DNA of 64,000 nt from an uncultured archaeon (GCA_964587725.1 CAZPLO010000003.1:21660-85659); one strand, 5' to 3'; numbered from the stretch's first letter, positions 1 through 9,713 are shown. Notes: generated from the sequence alone by a model not told the origin. Translations and numbers: made by a program.

Positions 1-167
1 ACAAAGGCAACGTGATGGTGAAGTCCCGGGAGTCCCAGGAGAGCCTCTACGACCACGACGTCGCCAGCATGGACGTCCACGGAGGATACGACCAGAAAGA
101 CGCGAAAGGCTTCATAAAACTGAATGCGCTGCGGCTCCGCACGTGGGCGACCAAACACGGTAGATAG
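1..167 (+). CDS. argG: argininosuccinate synthase, C-terminal part (5' truncated by window)
   Basis: Own translation from position 3: [46 protein letters not shown]..., the typical ArgG C-terminus; TAG at 165-167. Confidence 0.85.
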   Translation, partial: KGNVMVKSRESQESLYDHDVASMDVHGGYDQKDAKGFIKLNALRLRTWATKHGR

Positions 168-168
168 T

Positions 169-1239
169 TCAGTTCCCCAGTTCGTGGCGGAGCGGCTTGG
201 ATATCCTGTCATCCAACCCCAGCAGGAAACGCTCCACCCTCTCCGACTTCGTCATCCGCTCGAAGTGTTTCTCCTCAGGTTCAACATCCACGCCGGACCT
301 TATGAGTTCCGCAGCCTTCACCCCTGCAGGGGTCATGGTCTTCACAGTGTCGCTGCTGGAGGCGGCATCGGCGAGCGGCTGCAGGAGATGGTAGTGGCGG
401 AGGTCTCCTATGAATTCAACGGCGTTGGGGATCCAAACAGCCAGTTCCGTGAGAAGCCTGAACTCTTTGTCGCCACACCAAAAATGTGGCCGGTGGTTCG
501 CCAGCTCTGCTTCCGTAGCGTCGTCGAACCTGTGTCCCCACTTGTACTTGGGGAATAATCCCCGAACGGTAGTCTCATAGGTGAGGGTGTGAGACTTGGA
601 TGTGGAGACCCTGTGGGGGTTGTCTCTCATGTAAAGGTCGTTGGTATAGTCTAACCTAATCCTGTCGTCCAGCATGTCCCTGACGCCGTCGTAGGGGTCC
701 ACCATTTCCCCCGTATTCAGCATTCCCACGTAGTCGAACGTATACTGTGCCGCCATGATGTGTTTCCTGAACGCCCACCTGCCGTCGTCCGTCTTGGAGA
801 GGAAGTGGGGGGAGCTAAGGTGCATCCTGTCCGCCAGCGGCTGGCCTCTGTAGTCTCCCTCAAAAACGCTCCTGTTGTTGACTATTATGTCCATGAAGAC
901 GTCTTCGTGCATCCCCAGCTGCCTGGCCCCGTTTGGCCTGCCCACGGCAACGTCTATGTCTCCTAACTGGCTCTCAAAACCCATTATGAGGTTGCGTATG
1001 CTGCTGCCGGCTATCCCGAACATCCAACCCTCCACCGTCCTTGAACGCAGGAGGAATTCTCTGACCGCGCAGTCCGGAAGGTCCCCCTCCACGTCGACTT
1101 TAACGTCCCTGGCGGCTCTGCCTTCCCCGAAGGCCTTACGGAGCATGTCGCCGAACGGGTTTCTCTCAAACTCTCGGACGGTAAGTCCATCCTTCAGAAA
1201 ACTCAGTTGCCTATGGTTTGGCTCCCGCTCTACAGGCAT
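169..1239 (-). CDS. class II nucleotidyltransferase-like protein (CCA-adding/poly(A) polymerase head domain), divergent
   Basis: IAGSSIRNLIMG...GDIDVAV resembles VGGxVRD...DxD; MVDPYDGVRDMLDDRIR resembles iiDPfgGxxDLxxrxiR; the RRD motif is not conserved. Confidence 0.55.
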   Translation of the reverse strand: MPVEREPNHRQLSFLKDGLTVREFERNPFGDMLRKAFGEGRAARDVKVDVEGDLPDCAVREFLLRSRTVEGWMFGIAGSSIRNLIMGFESQLGDIDVAVGRPNGARQLGMHEDVFMDIIVNNRSVFEGDYRGQPLADRMHLSSPHFLSKTDDGRWAFRKHIMAAQYTFDYVGMLNTGEMVDPYDGVRDMLDDRIRLDYTNDLYMRDNPHRVSTSKSHTLTYETTVRGLFPKYKWGHRFDDATEAELANHRPHFWCGDKEFRLLTELAVWIPNAVEFIGDLRHYHLLQPLADAASSSDTVKTMTPAGVKAAELIRSGVDVEPEEKHFERMTKSERVERFLLGLDDRISKPLRHELGN

Positions 1240-1268
1240 AGGATACTATGCGAAGGATAAAGTATTAA

Positions 1269-1853
1269 CTACTCTTCGTCGTCTGTTTCCTCGTACATGA
1301 CGCAGCCTTCGTCTGAGATGCAGCGTTCGTCGTCTGTGCAGGAGCGTATCACGTTCTGGGTCTGGGTGACCTTGCAGCAGCCGTCATCGCAGAACGGCTG
1401 GATGTAGTTGCGGTACATCTTCTCGGTGCCCTGGATGCTCCGGCACCGGGTGACGTTCTCATAGTGTGCCGCGCCGCAGTCTTCGTCTGACGTGCAGGCT
1501 TCGCAGGTCGGCACATACAGTGTGGTGGTGGTCACGTTCGCGCCGCCGAACCCGCAGGATGCGAGGCACTGGACGCAGTCACATCTCCTGTATGGGTTGA
1601 CTGTCACGTCGTCGCATTCGCAGGGCGGGCACACCACACGCGTGCTCCCGTTACCGCCCTCTATGACCGGGCACTCGGAAAGCCTGTCCTTGACTGTTCC
1701 GTCCGCGCAGACGTATTTCTGAACCACCTTGTCCACCACCATGGTGTCGCCGCCGGGCTTAAGAAACCATATGGTGCCTCCGCCGAATATGATACCCAAG
1801 AGTATGCCTATGGCAATCAGCACCGCAACCAGCATAATCTCCACGCGGGTCAT
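1269..1853 (-). CDS. membrane-anchored Cys-rich hypothetical protein
   Basis: N-terminal hydrophobic helix, many Cys, short Thr tract. Confidence 0.65.
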   Translation of the reverse strand: MTRVEIMLVAVLIAIGILLGIIFGGGTIWFLKPGGDTMVVDKVVQKYVCADGTVKDRLSECPVIEGGNGSTRVVCPPCECDDVTVNPYRRCDCVQCLASCGFGGANVTTTTLYVPTCEACTSDEDCGAAHYENVTRCRSIQGTEKMYRNYIQPFCDDGCCKVTQTQNVIRSCTDDERCISDEGCVMYEETDDEE

Positions 1854-1906
1854 ACTTCATAGATATAAGCCTCAACCCTTAAAAACGTTGGATACAGTAT
1901 GGTAAT

Positions 1907-2611
1907 GTGGACCAAAGACTCATAGCGGCGGCGGGCGTTTTAACGGTTTTGGCCGCGCTTTTATTGGCGTCCACACACAATCCTACTGGAGGTGGCAGAG
2001 TGGCTGAGACACCGGAAACCGATGTGGTGGAATTGTCGGAGCCCTCCACGGGGGGCATTTCCGTCGAGGCTGCGCTGGCGGAAAGGAGGTCTAGAAGAGA
2101 GTATAAGGATCAGCCGCTGACGCTGGAGCAGCTGTCGCAGCTATTGTGGGCCGCGCAGGGGGAGACCAGTCAGTGGGGCGGCCGCACCGCCCCGTCCGCG
2201 GGCGCAACCTACCCGCTGGAACTCTACGCGGTCGTCGGCGACGTGGAAGGACTTCAGCCGGGGGTGTACCGTCACATCCCGTCGGAACACCGGATGGTGA
2301 AGACCGTGGACGGCGACGTCCGTGAAGACCTGGCTGCGGCGGCGCTGGGGCAGGAGTTTGTGGCCGAAGCCCCGGTCGTGTTCGTCATCGCGGCGGTGTA
2401 TGAACGCACAACGCAGCGTTACGGAGACCGCGGCATAATGTACGTGCACATGGAGGCCGGCCACGCAGGCCAAAACATATACCTGCAGGCGGAGTCGCTG
2501 GGCCTCGGCACCGTGGCGGTGGGCGCATTCAACCTGGAACAGGTGAGTGGGCTGCTTCAGCTGCCCGACGGCCAGGAGCCCGTGTATTTATTCCCCGCCG
2601 GCGTAGTGTAA
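1907..2611 (+). CDS. SagB/ThcOx-family nitroreductase
   Basis: RRSRREY, LSQLLWAAQG, RTAPSAGATYPLE, EAGHAGQNIYLQA motifs; N-terminal signal/TM. Confidence 0.9.
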   Translation: MDQRLIAAAGVLTVLAALLLASTHNPTGGGRVAETPETDVVELSEPSTGGISVEAALAERRSRREYKDQPLTLEQLSQLLWAAQGETSQWGGRTAPSAGATYPLELYAVVGDVEGLQPGVYRHIPSEHRMVKTVDGDVREDLAAAALGQEFVAEAPVVFVIAAVYERTTQRYGDRGIMYVHMEAGHAGQNIYLQAESLGLGTVAVGAFNLEQVSGLLQLPDGQEPVYLFPAGVV

Positions 2612-2614
2612 GGG

Positions 2615-2944
2615 ATGCGTATCTGGGATTTGCCTCCGGAACGGCTGTGCAGGAGCCACCTGCTGGGCGAACACCGTGAACTCCATGCACTCTGGACGAT
2701 ACTAACAGAGGACAAAAAGGGTTACCGTTGTCACCCGGAGACCAGGCGGTGGGTGGGGAAGCTGAAGGCGCTGCACAACCGCCACCGCCTGTTAGCCGAG
2801 GAGATGATGTTACGGGGGTACCGGCACAAAAGCCCATTGGATGAGTCGCTCGCTGCGGGAGAACCGGTTCAGACGGAGTACGTGGACACCGTGGAGGAGC
2901 AGGTGAAGAAACTCCGCATGAAAGGCTGCGGCTGCAGGGTCTGA
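2615..2944 (+). CDS. pyrimidine dimer DNA glycosylase/endonuclease V-like protein
   Basis: MRIWDLPPERLCRSHLLGEHRELH start; HPETRRW; EMxxRGYxH. Confidence 0.75.
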   Translation: MRIWDLPPERLCRSHLLGEHRELHALWTILTEDKKGYRCHPETRRWVGKLKALHNRHRLLAEEMMLRGYRHKSPLDESLAAGEPVQTEYVDTVEEQVKKLRMKGCGCRV

Positions 2945-2969
2945 TTATTTATTGTCTCCATCGTAATCT

Positions 2970-4592
2970 GTGTCAATGCTTCAGGAGCTCGTGTTCGGGG
3001 TGTTCGGGGGATTGGGCCTGTTCATCTACGGCATCCACGCGATGAGCTCCGGCATGCAGAAGGTGGCGGGCGACCGCCTCCGCTCCATCATAGCGAAGTT
3101 CACCAGCAACCGTTTCATGGGCGTACTCGTCGGCGCCGGAACAACCTCTGTCATTCAGAGCAGCAGCATCACCACCGTCACCGTCGTAGGCTTCATAAAC
3201 GCGGGGCTGATGACGCTGACCCAGGGTATAGGCGTCATAATGGGCGCCAACATAGGAACCACCATCACCGCCCAGCTGATAGCATTCAGGCTCACCGACT
3301 ACGCCCTCCCAATAGTCGGATTGGGGAGCCTGCTGTTCGTTCTCGGCAGGAGCAAGAGGCAGAGGGACCTGGGGGAGGCGGTGTTCGGCTTCGGCATACT
3401 GTTCCTGGGGTTGAGCATCATGACCGGCGTCACCAAGCCCCTGGGGGGTACGCCGATGGTCCACACACTGTTCGCGTCGCTGCAGGGCAGCCCGCTGCTG
3501 GCGCTGCTCGCCGGCCTGCTGGTGACGATGATGGTTCAGAGCAGCAGCGTCACCGTCGGCCTAACCATAGCCCTGGCCGCGGCCGGCCTGCTGGATTTGA
3601 GGACGTCCATCTTCATAATATTCGGCGACAACATAGGAACCTGCATCACGGCGTTGATTGCGAGCGTTGGCACCAACCTGTCGGCGAAGAGGGCGGCGCT
3701 CGCCCACGTCATGTTCAACGTCCTGGGCGTCTGCATGGCCTTCATACTGCTGCCGGTCTACTACTCTGTGGTAACCTCCTTTTCCGGAGACATCGCCCGT
3801 CAGATAGCCAACACCCACACCCTGTTCAACGTCGTAAACACCATGATATTCCTGCCCTTCGTTCCCTTCTTCGCGGCCATGCTCAAGCGGGTTCTCCCCG
3901 GCGAGGACGTGGCGGACGTGATGAAGCCCAGGCACCTGGACCGGCACCTGCTGTCTACGCCCACGGTCGCAATCGAGGCGGCGAGGAAGGAGCTGGTGCA
4001 CATGACGTCGATGGTGCGCTCCATGTTCGACCAGACCATGGAGTCGTTTTTCGACGGCGGAGACTCCCTGATGAAGAAGGTGGTTAAGACGGAGGTGGGG
4101 GTGGACTCCCTCCAGGATGCCGTAACCCACTACCTGGTGGACTTGACCCAGGAGGAACTGTCTGTGCAGCAGTCTGAACGCATTCCCCGTCTACTGCACA
4201 GCGTCAACGACCTGGAGCGCATAGGAGACCACGCCGTGAATCTGATGGAGCTGGTGGAGGACAAGAACACCAGCAGGTGCGTGTTCTCCGACAAGGCCAG
4301 GGAGGAGCTGCGGAGACTGCAGACGGTGCTGTCGGAGATGTTCGACGACACCGTGTTGACTCTGGGGGAAGACGACATCCAGGCCGCCCGCCGCGTGCTG
4401 GTGAACGAGGAGGAAGTGAACGCACTCACTTTAAAGTTCAGGGACAACCACGTGAAACGCCTGGAGTGCAGGGAATGCAACATCAACGCCGGCGTAATCT
4501 ACACCGACATACTCATGAACCTGGAGAAAATCGGAGACCACCTGTCCAACATCGCCCAGGCCACCCTCGGGTCCCTGGGCATAAGAACCTAA
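2970..4592 (+). CDS. Na/Pi cotransporter family protein with PhoU domains
   Basis: Two QSSS motifs, GANIGTT and GDNIGT, C-terminal LERIGDH and LEKIGDH. Confidence 0.92.
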   Translation: MSMLQELVFGVFGGLGLFIYGIHAMSSGMQKVAGDRLRSIIAKFTSNRFMGVLVGAGTTSVIQSSSITTVTVVGFINAGLMTLTQGIGVIMGANIGTTITAQLIAFRLTDYALPIVGLGSLLFVLGRSKRQRDLGEAVFGFGILFLGLSIMTGVTKPLGGTPMVHTLFASLQGSPLLALLAGLLVTMMVQSSSVTVGLTIALAAAGLLDLRTSIFIIFGDNIGTCITALIASVGTNLSAKRAALAHVMFNVLGVCMAFILLPVYYSVVTSFSGDIARQIANTHTLFNVVNTMIFLPFVPFFAAMLKRVLPGEDVADVMKPRHLDRHLLSTPTVAIEAARKELVHMTSMVRSMFDQTMESFFDGGDSLMKKVVKTEVGVDSLQDAVTHYLVDLTQEELSVQQSERIPRLLHSVNDLERIGDHAVNLMELVEDKNTSRCVFSDKAREELRRLQTVLSEMFDDTVLTLGEDDIQAARRVLVNEEEVNALTLKFRDNHVKRLECRECNINAGVIYTDILMNLEKIGDHLSNIAQATLGSLGIRT

Positions 4593-4613
4593 ACCAGCCG
4601 TATGCTGTCCAGG
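4581..4613. repeat. 33-bp direct repeat, copy 1
   Basis: ATAAGAACCTAAACCAGCCGTATGCTGTCCAGG, identical to 5263-5295. Confidence 0.95.
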
Positions 4614-4684
4614 GGCTACCGACATAGCATGGACGAGTCCCTAGCCATACCATGTCACATCCAACATCGTTTCTCTGTGGTTGG

Positions 4685-4954
4685 TTATTTGTATGATTTG
4701 TACCATCGTTCGTATTCTTTGTGGTTTTGGAAGCAGCGTATTATGTGTGTAGTTTCGCCTTCGTGGTGGTAGATTATTCTAGCCTGTCTGGTGACTTTTT
4801 CGACGTGGTGGGGTATTCCGTGTCTCATGTGTCGTCTCGGAGGCATGGACTGGATTTTTTCGAAGTGTTTAAGGAAAATCTGTTTCAGGTCCGGGGGCAT
4901 TGCCTTAAGCTGTTTCTTGGCTGTTTCAGAGAACAGTAACGCCATCCTATCCAT
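4685..4954 (-). CDS. RelE/ParE-superfamily toxin
   Basis: 89 aa basic protein, LLFSETAKKQLKAM...ARIIY...HKEYE; overlaps the 3' end of an RHH gene. Confidence 0.7.
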   Translation of the reverse strand: MDRMALLFSETAKKQLKAMPPDLKQIFLKHFEKIQSMPPRRHMRHGIPHHVEKVTRQARIIYHHEGETTHIIRCFQNHKEYERWYKSYK

Positions 4955-5192
4955 TGAGTTCGTCCCTTACTTCGTCGAGGGTGTATGTCTTAACCCTGCC
5001 GGCTCTTATCTCGTCCATCTCCACTTCAACGGCTTTGTGGACCAGCCTTAACTCCTCCTCCTCGAGCATTCTGTCGTAGGCGGTTATCGCCTGCCTAATA
5101 ACCTCTGTCTGGTTGCCGGCGTATCCCTTCTCGATAATCCTCTGGATGGCCGACTCATACGGTGCACCCAAATTGACGTTCAATGCAATCAC
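4947..5192 (-). CDS. ribbon-helix-helix antitoxin
   Basis: LNVNL...IIEKGYAGNQTEVIRQAI RHH pattern; acidic C-terminus GRVKTYTLDEV. Confidence 0.75.
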   Translation of the reverse strand: MIALNVNLGAPYESAIQRIIEKGYAGNQTEVIRQAITAYDRMLEEEELRLVHKAVEVEMDEIRAGRVKTYTLDEVRDELNG

Positions 5193-5262
5193 CTATGTAT
5201 ACTCAATGTGCATTCAACTATATAAATAATGTGTATCTGTTCACTTGCACCTGATTCATAGG

Positions 5263-5295
5263 ATAAGAACCTAAACCAGCCGTATGCTGTCCAGG
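5263..5295. repeat. 33-bp direct repeat, copy 2
   Basis: Identical to 4581-4613; contains the fttA 3' end (LDSIRLV*). Confidence 0.95.
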
Positions 5296-7157
5296 TTTCT
5301 CGGCGCGGTTGCTTCGTAGCCGAACATGTCGTATAACGTCATGGCGAGGTTGTTTGTTTTGCTGGCTTCACCGTGCATGATGATCGCCCTCTTGGGTCGT
5401 GGATTAATCTTTTTCGCGTACCCCAGCAGCTGCCGGCGGTCGGCGTGTCCGCTGAACCCGTCCACCGTCTTGACGCCGATGTTCACCTTCAGGCCCTTGG
5501 TGCGGCCGTTTTCTTCAATAGCGATTTCGTTCAGCCCGTTCTGTATCCTCCGCCCTAAGCTGCCTTCGGCCTGATATCCTACGAAGGTTATCATGTTCTT
5601 GGGGTCATCCGCCCACGCCTTGAAGTATTCTACGCTGGGGCCGCCCGTCATCATGCCTGACGTCGCCAAAACCACGCAGGGGTCGTCGCTCTCTATTATC
5701 GCCGGCCGCTCCTTGTGCTCCACCTTCTCGAACGCGTCCACGAGGAACGGGTTGTGGCCGTTGAATATCCTGTGTTTGATGTGCTTCTTCAGATACTCCG
5801 GGTAGGAGGTGTGTATTGCCGTCGCCTCCCATATCATCCCGTCCAAATACACGGGAACGTCGAGTTCGCCGTAGCGGTACGCGTTCTCCAAAACCATCAT
5901 CACCTCCTGGCTGCGGCCGACGCTGAACACCGGCACCAACACCTTCCCCCCTCTCTTAACCGTCTTCTTTATGGTGTTTATGAGGAGGCTTTCCGCGTCC
6001 CTTCTCTTAGGCTGCGCGTCGTATCTTCCGCCGTACGTCGACTCCATAATCACTGTCTCAACCCGGGGGAAGTCGTAGTTTGCCGCCTCCAATAATCGCG
6101 TGTCCCCGAACTTGAAGTCTCCAGTGTACACGAGGTTGTGTAGTCCCTCTCCCACGTGGAAGTGGCATACGCTGCTCCCCAGGATGTGGCCCGCATTGTA
6201 TAACGTCAAGTGTATGTCCGGTGTGATGTCCGCCACCTCCCCGTACTCCAAGGGGATGGTGTGCTTTATCATCTCCCGCACCTCCTTACTAGTGAAGGGG
6301 AGCTCGTTCTGTCCTTTAACTCCTATTTCAACGGCGTCCAAAACCAGCAGAGCCATAAGGTCTCTGGTAGGCTCCGTGCAGTATATGGGTCCGTCGTACC
6401 CGTACTTGTACAGGTACGGTACGAAGCCGCAGTGGTCCAGGTGGGCGTGCGATATCACAACCGCATCCAACTCGCTTATCGCCAATTTCACGGCGCGGAA
6501 GTCCGGGAACCGGTTCGTGTCCTGCGCCGCAACGTTTATGCCGCAGTCTATCAGCACGTTGCTGGCGGGCGTCTGCAGCAGGACCGAAGAACGGCCGACC
6601 TGCTGTGCGCCTCCCAATGGGGTGACGCGTATCCAGTCGCATTCAGCGTCCGGTTTACGGTAAATCTTCTTCCCCACGTTTTTGAGTATCTTCTGCCGCT
6701 CCTTCGCGTTCTCGAACAAAGTCTTCCGTATGGTTCGGACGGTGTCGGACTGCAGCGGCGGCTTCCTCAGCAGTTTTGGGTTCCAGTGGGTCGCCTTGGT
6801 TATCTCGTCGAGGGTGCTGCCGTGTTTGCCGATGACCAGGCCGAGCTTCTCCGCCTCTATCCTGACTTCCCCGAAGTATTCGTCGAATTCGATGTCTACG
6901 ATGTTGGCTTCCTCTGGTATTATCTCCTCAATCATCCGCTTGGCTTCGGCAGGCTCGATGAGTGATTTGGATGTGCTTCTGACGATGACCCGCTTCTTCA
7001 GGGAGGTGGCGAGATTCCGCACTTCGTTGCTGTTCTCCACGAAATACGGCATGTCGTCTGTGTACAGTATGACCTTCGGTCCTTCCACGTCGACCTTGGC
7101 TATTTTGCCGTCGGGCGCCGTCTCCTCTACGATGCTCTGTATCTCCTTAAATTCCAT
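5271..7157 (-). CDS. fttA: beta-CASP ribonuclease aCPSF1 / termination factor FttA
   Basis: KH domains (GLVIGKHG), SHAHLDH, AGHILGS, GFSGHAD, HGE; adjacent to psmB as usual in archaea. Confidence 0.95.
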   Translation of the reverse strand: MEFKEIQSIVEETAPDGKIAKVDVEGPKVILYTDDMPYFVENSNEVRNLATSLKKRVIVRSTSKSLIEPAEAKRMIEEIIPEEANIVDIEFDEYFGEVRIEAEKLGLVIGKHGSTLDEITKATHWNPKLLRKPPLQSDTVRTIRKTLFENAKERQKILKNVGKKIYRKPDAECDWIRVTPLGGAQQVGRSSVLLQTPASNVLIDCGINVAAQDTNRFPDFRAVKLAISELDAVVISHAHLDHCGFVPYLYKYGYDGPIYCTEPTRDLMALLVLDAVEIGVKGQNELPFTSKEVREMIKHTIPLEYGEVADITPDIHLTLYNAGHILGSSVCHFHVGEGLHNLVYTGDFKFGDTRLLEAANYDFPRVETVIMESTYGGRYDAQPKRRDAESLLINTIKKTVKRGGKVLVPVFSVGRSQEVMMVLENAYRYGELDVPVYLDGMIWEATAIHTSYPEYLKKHIKHRIFNGHNPFLVDAFEKVEHKERPAIIESDDPCVVLATSGMMTGGPSVEYFKAWADDPKNMITFVGYQAEGSLGRRIQNGLNEIAIEENGRTKGLKVNIGVKTVDGFSGHADRRQLLGYAKKINPRPKRAIIMHGEASKTNNLAMTLYDMFGYEATAPRNLDSIRLV

Positions 7158-7199
7158 TTTTCAGCTAGCAACCGTTCGTTCAGTTAGAAGTTGCTGTCT

Positions 7200-7832
7200 T
7201 TATTTTGCCACGGCCTTTTGCGTCAGGCTTTCGACTTCCTCGTCGCTGTATCTCCTGAAGCCGTCTTTGGTGATTGTGACCAGTTCCATGCCGTCTCCGG
7301 TGTACGCGTCCCTTGAAAGGGCGCTCTTCAACGCCTTCAACGCCACGGGAATGTTCTCTTCGACCGTTTTGTCTTCGCTGTACTCCATCTCCAACACGCC
7401 GTAGGCCATGGGGCTTCCGCTTCCGGTCGCGGCCATCTTCTCCTCGATGAGTCCGCCTATGGGGTCGAGCGTGTACAGCCTGGACTCGCCCTTCAGGTGG
7501 CCGCCTATGAGCAGCTGCACCAGGTAGGGGAATATCTTGTTGCCCTGCAGTATGTTCGAGAGCAGGACGCTCACGGCCTTGGGGTTCATTTTTTCGCCGT
7601 TGTTCATCTCGTACAGCTTGGCTTCGGCCTGAATCAGTCTCATCAGGCTTTCAGCGTCTCCCACGCTGCCCGCCACCGTTGCCCCCACGTAGTCGTTTAC
7701 GTTGAAGCTCTTCTGCGCCCTCTTGCTGGCTATGAAGCCTCCCATGCTCGCCCGCCTGTCGGTGGCGAACACTATCCCGTCACTGCACGTTAACCCGATG
7801 GTCGTAGTGCCCTTCAAAGTCTTAGATTCCAA
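7200..7832 (-). CDS. psmB: proteasome subunit beta
   Basis: KG/TTTIG processing site, DRRASMG, ATGSGS, RDAYTGDG; probable TTG start at 7832 behind GGAGG. Confidence 0.95.
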   Translation of the reverse strand: MESKTLKGTTTIGLTCSDGIVFATDRRASMGGFIASKRAQKSFNVNDYVGATVAGSVGDAESLMRLIQAEAKLYEMNNGEKMNPKAVSVLLSNILQGNKIFPYLVQLLIGGHLKGESRLYTLDPIGGLIEEKMAATGSGSPMAYGVLEMEYSEDKTVEENIPVALKALKSALSRDAYTGDGMELVTITKDGFRRYSDEEVESLTQKAVAK

Positions 7833-8004
7833 AGAAACCGCCTCCAGTAGAAAAAAGGCTTTTCTAAAATTCTTGTACATCTATATGTCAGCCATCCTTT
7901 AAAAGCTTGCGGTAGTGTAACGGAAAGCTAAGGCGGCTCAAATAGACAAAATTGTATCTTTCATGTAAAAAATCAAGGAAAGATAAACATTTGTCTATCT
8001 TTCC

Positions 8005-8304
8005 TCATATCTTGCATTCCTTGGGTTTCCTGCTGAACACGTTCCTGGTCATGCACACGAGCCAGTTCCAGTGCAGTATGAAGTGAACCAGCATCAAAGC
8101 AACCATCAGTATGCCGGTCCAGTTGTGTACGCTGGTCCACACCGTCTTCTGCACACCCACGAACTCCTGCAGCCCGCCCTGACGCACACCCTCGGGCATG
8201 AACAGGAAAACCGCCAATCCGGTCACGGCCACGACTACCAGGCACACGGCCAGCAGCACGTCCACCACGTAGTTCACGTTCGTCATCTTCACTTCCACAG
8301 CCAC
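8005..8304 (-). CDS. DUF4405-like small membrane protein
   Basis: Two TM segments; WTSVHNWTG...HFILHWNW His pattern. Confidence 0.75.
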   Translation of the reverse strand: MAVEVKMTNVNYVVDVLLAVCLVVVAVTGLAVFLFMPEGVRQGGLQEFVGVQKTVWTSVHNWTGILMVALMLVHFILHWNWLVCMTRNVFSRKPKECKI

Positions 8305-9137
8305 CCCAGCAGCCCCTTGCTGTTCTTCTCCTCTTGGGCCAGCTGCCGCAGCCGGTTCTGTTCCTGCTGGAGGTTCTGCATCTGTTCCTGCAGCGCCTCC
8401 TTCACTCCCTCGCTGCAGTCGCAGGAGTCCTTAAGCTGGTTGAGTTCCAGCAGCCGCTCCTGATTCTGCTCAACCTCCTCTTCTATATCGTCGGCGGCTT
8501 CGTCGTCGCCTCCGAAGAAAAACCGTGTGAGGCCGCCCCTCTTCTCAATCTTCTTCTCCGCATGTATGGTCTTCTGCACGGAGTTGTTGAACTTCCTCGC
8601 TATTTCTGAGATGTTTCGGCCTATGCCGCCTGTGAGGTTGTCCACCGCCAGCATGGCGTGAACCGCCTCCCTCACCCTGTTCTGGTTGCGGTAGACCTTC
8701 CGGTCGTCTTCGCTCATGTTCTCGAGCTCCTGTTCCATAACCTGCTTTCTCTCCCGTATCATCTGCTTCAGATGGGTGAGGTTCGCGGCGTTCAACCCCG
8801 GACCCACGCCTTGTCCCTCGCCGGTGCCGATTCCCAGACCCCTGCCGGTCTGGTTTCCGCTGAGGCCGGGCGCGGTCTCCCATCCAGGGGACTCGTTGCC
8901 TGTCCTGTTCCCTGCAAGTCCGGGAGCGTTCTCTCGGCCGCTACTGTTCTGCAGCCCCGGCGCGCCTTCACGGCCGAGCCCATTCAGGCCGCCGTCCACG
9001 GCACCCCGGCCGTTCCCCTGCCCTGTCTGCACGCTGCCGTCGCCGGGGTTCTGAAGGTTCCCCAGGCCGGCCGCGTACGCGGTTGAAGCGGTTAAAGCCA
9101 ACACCACGAAAACCGCCGAAGCCTTCGAATAATCCAT
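8289..9137 (-). CDS. secreted hypothetical protein with Gly/Asn-rich repeats and coiled coil
   Basis: Signal peptide (AYA), three G(R/W)ExAPGL repeats, helical C-terminal half. Confidence 0.7.
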   Translation of the reverse strand: MDYSKASAVFVVLALTASTAYAAGLGNLQNPGDGSVQTGQGNGRGAVDGGLNGLGREGAPGLQNSSGRENAPGLAGNRTGNESPGWETAPGLSGNQTGRGLGIGTGEGQGVGPGLNAANLTHLKQMIRERKQVMEQELENMSEDDRKVYRNQNRVREAVHAMLAVDNLTGGIGRNISEIARKFNNSVQKTIHAEKKIEKRGGLTRFFFGGDDEAADDIEEEVEQNQERLLELNQLKDSCDCSEGVKEALQEQMQNLQQEQNRLRQLAQEEKNSKGLLGWLWK

Positions 9138-9155
9138 GTTACATCCTACTATCTA

Positions 9156-9713
9156 CTAGATTAAAAGCGTCAGGACGCCGGTGAGGATGAACAATATCCC
9201 CCCGGCATTGGATACCGTGTTCCGGTCGACTTTCTCGGAAACCCAGCCGCCTAGGTAAACCGCCGCCGCCGACAGCACGCCTAAACCCAGCAGCGAGCCT
9301 GCTAGGACCGCCGTCGGCTCGTATCTGGTGGCCAGCAATGCGGCCGTCAGCTGGGTTTTGTCACCCCATTCGGTCAGAGATATCAACGCGAACCCGGACA
9401 GGAACGTGTTCCGCCGCAGACTGGCTCCCGTTCCCTCCTCTCCTCTGCCGCGCAGAATCAGCAGTCCGAATAATATGAACAGGAGAGAAGCAGCGGCCTT
9501 CAATATGTTCTCAGGAAGCACGGTGGTCATCCAGGCGCCGAACAGCACGGCGGCTCCGTCCACGAGAAGGAAGCCGGCCATCACACCCAGCAACAGCCGC
9601 AGCCGGCTTTTGGTATTGGACGCCAGCAGTATCACGGCCAGCTGGGTTTTGTCGCCGAGCTCCGCCAACCCCACCAGAGTCAGCGAGGCCAGCACACCCT
9701 CTAAGGCCGCCAT
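9156..9713 (-). CDS. TMEM165/GDT1 (UPF0016) Ca/Mn transporter
   Basis: Two motifs ELGDKTQL and EWGDKTQL. Confidence 0.92.
   Translation of the reverse strand: MAALEGVLASLTLVGLAELGDKTQLAVILLASNTKSRLRLLLGVMAGFLLVDGAAVLFGAWMTTVLPENILKAAASLLFILFGLLILRGRGEEGTGASLRRNTFLSGFALISLTEWGDKTQLTAALLATRYEPTAVLAGSLLGLGVLSAAAVYLGGWVSEKVDRNTVSNAGGILFILTGVLTLLI

Larger units (their letters stand above)
4581..5295. mobile_element. toxin-antitoxin islet bounded by 33-bp direct repeats
   Basis: About 650-bp, visibly AT-richer insert holding two small genes between perfect direct repeats; no integrase or transposase inside. Confidence 0.65.

Noticed and set aside
1907-2611. SagB gene as part of a RiPP cluster
   Set aside because: No YcaO or precursor peptide nearby; stand-alone SagB-like genes are common in archaea
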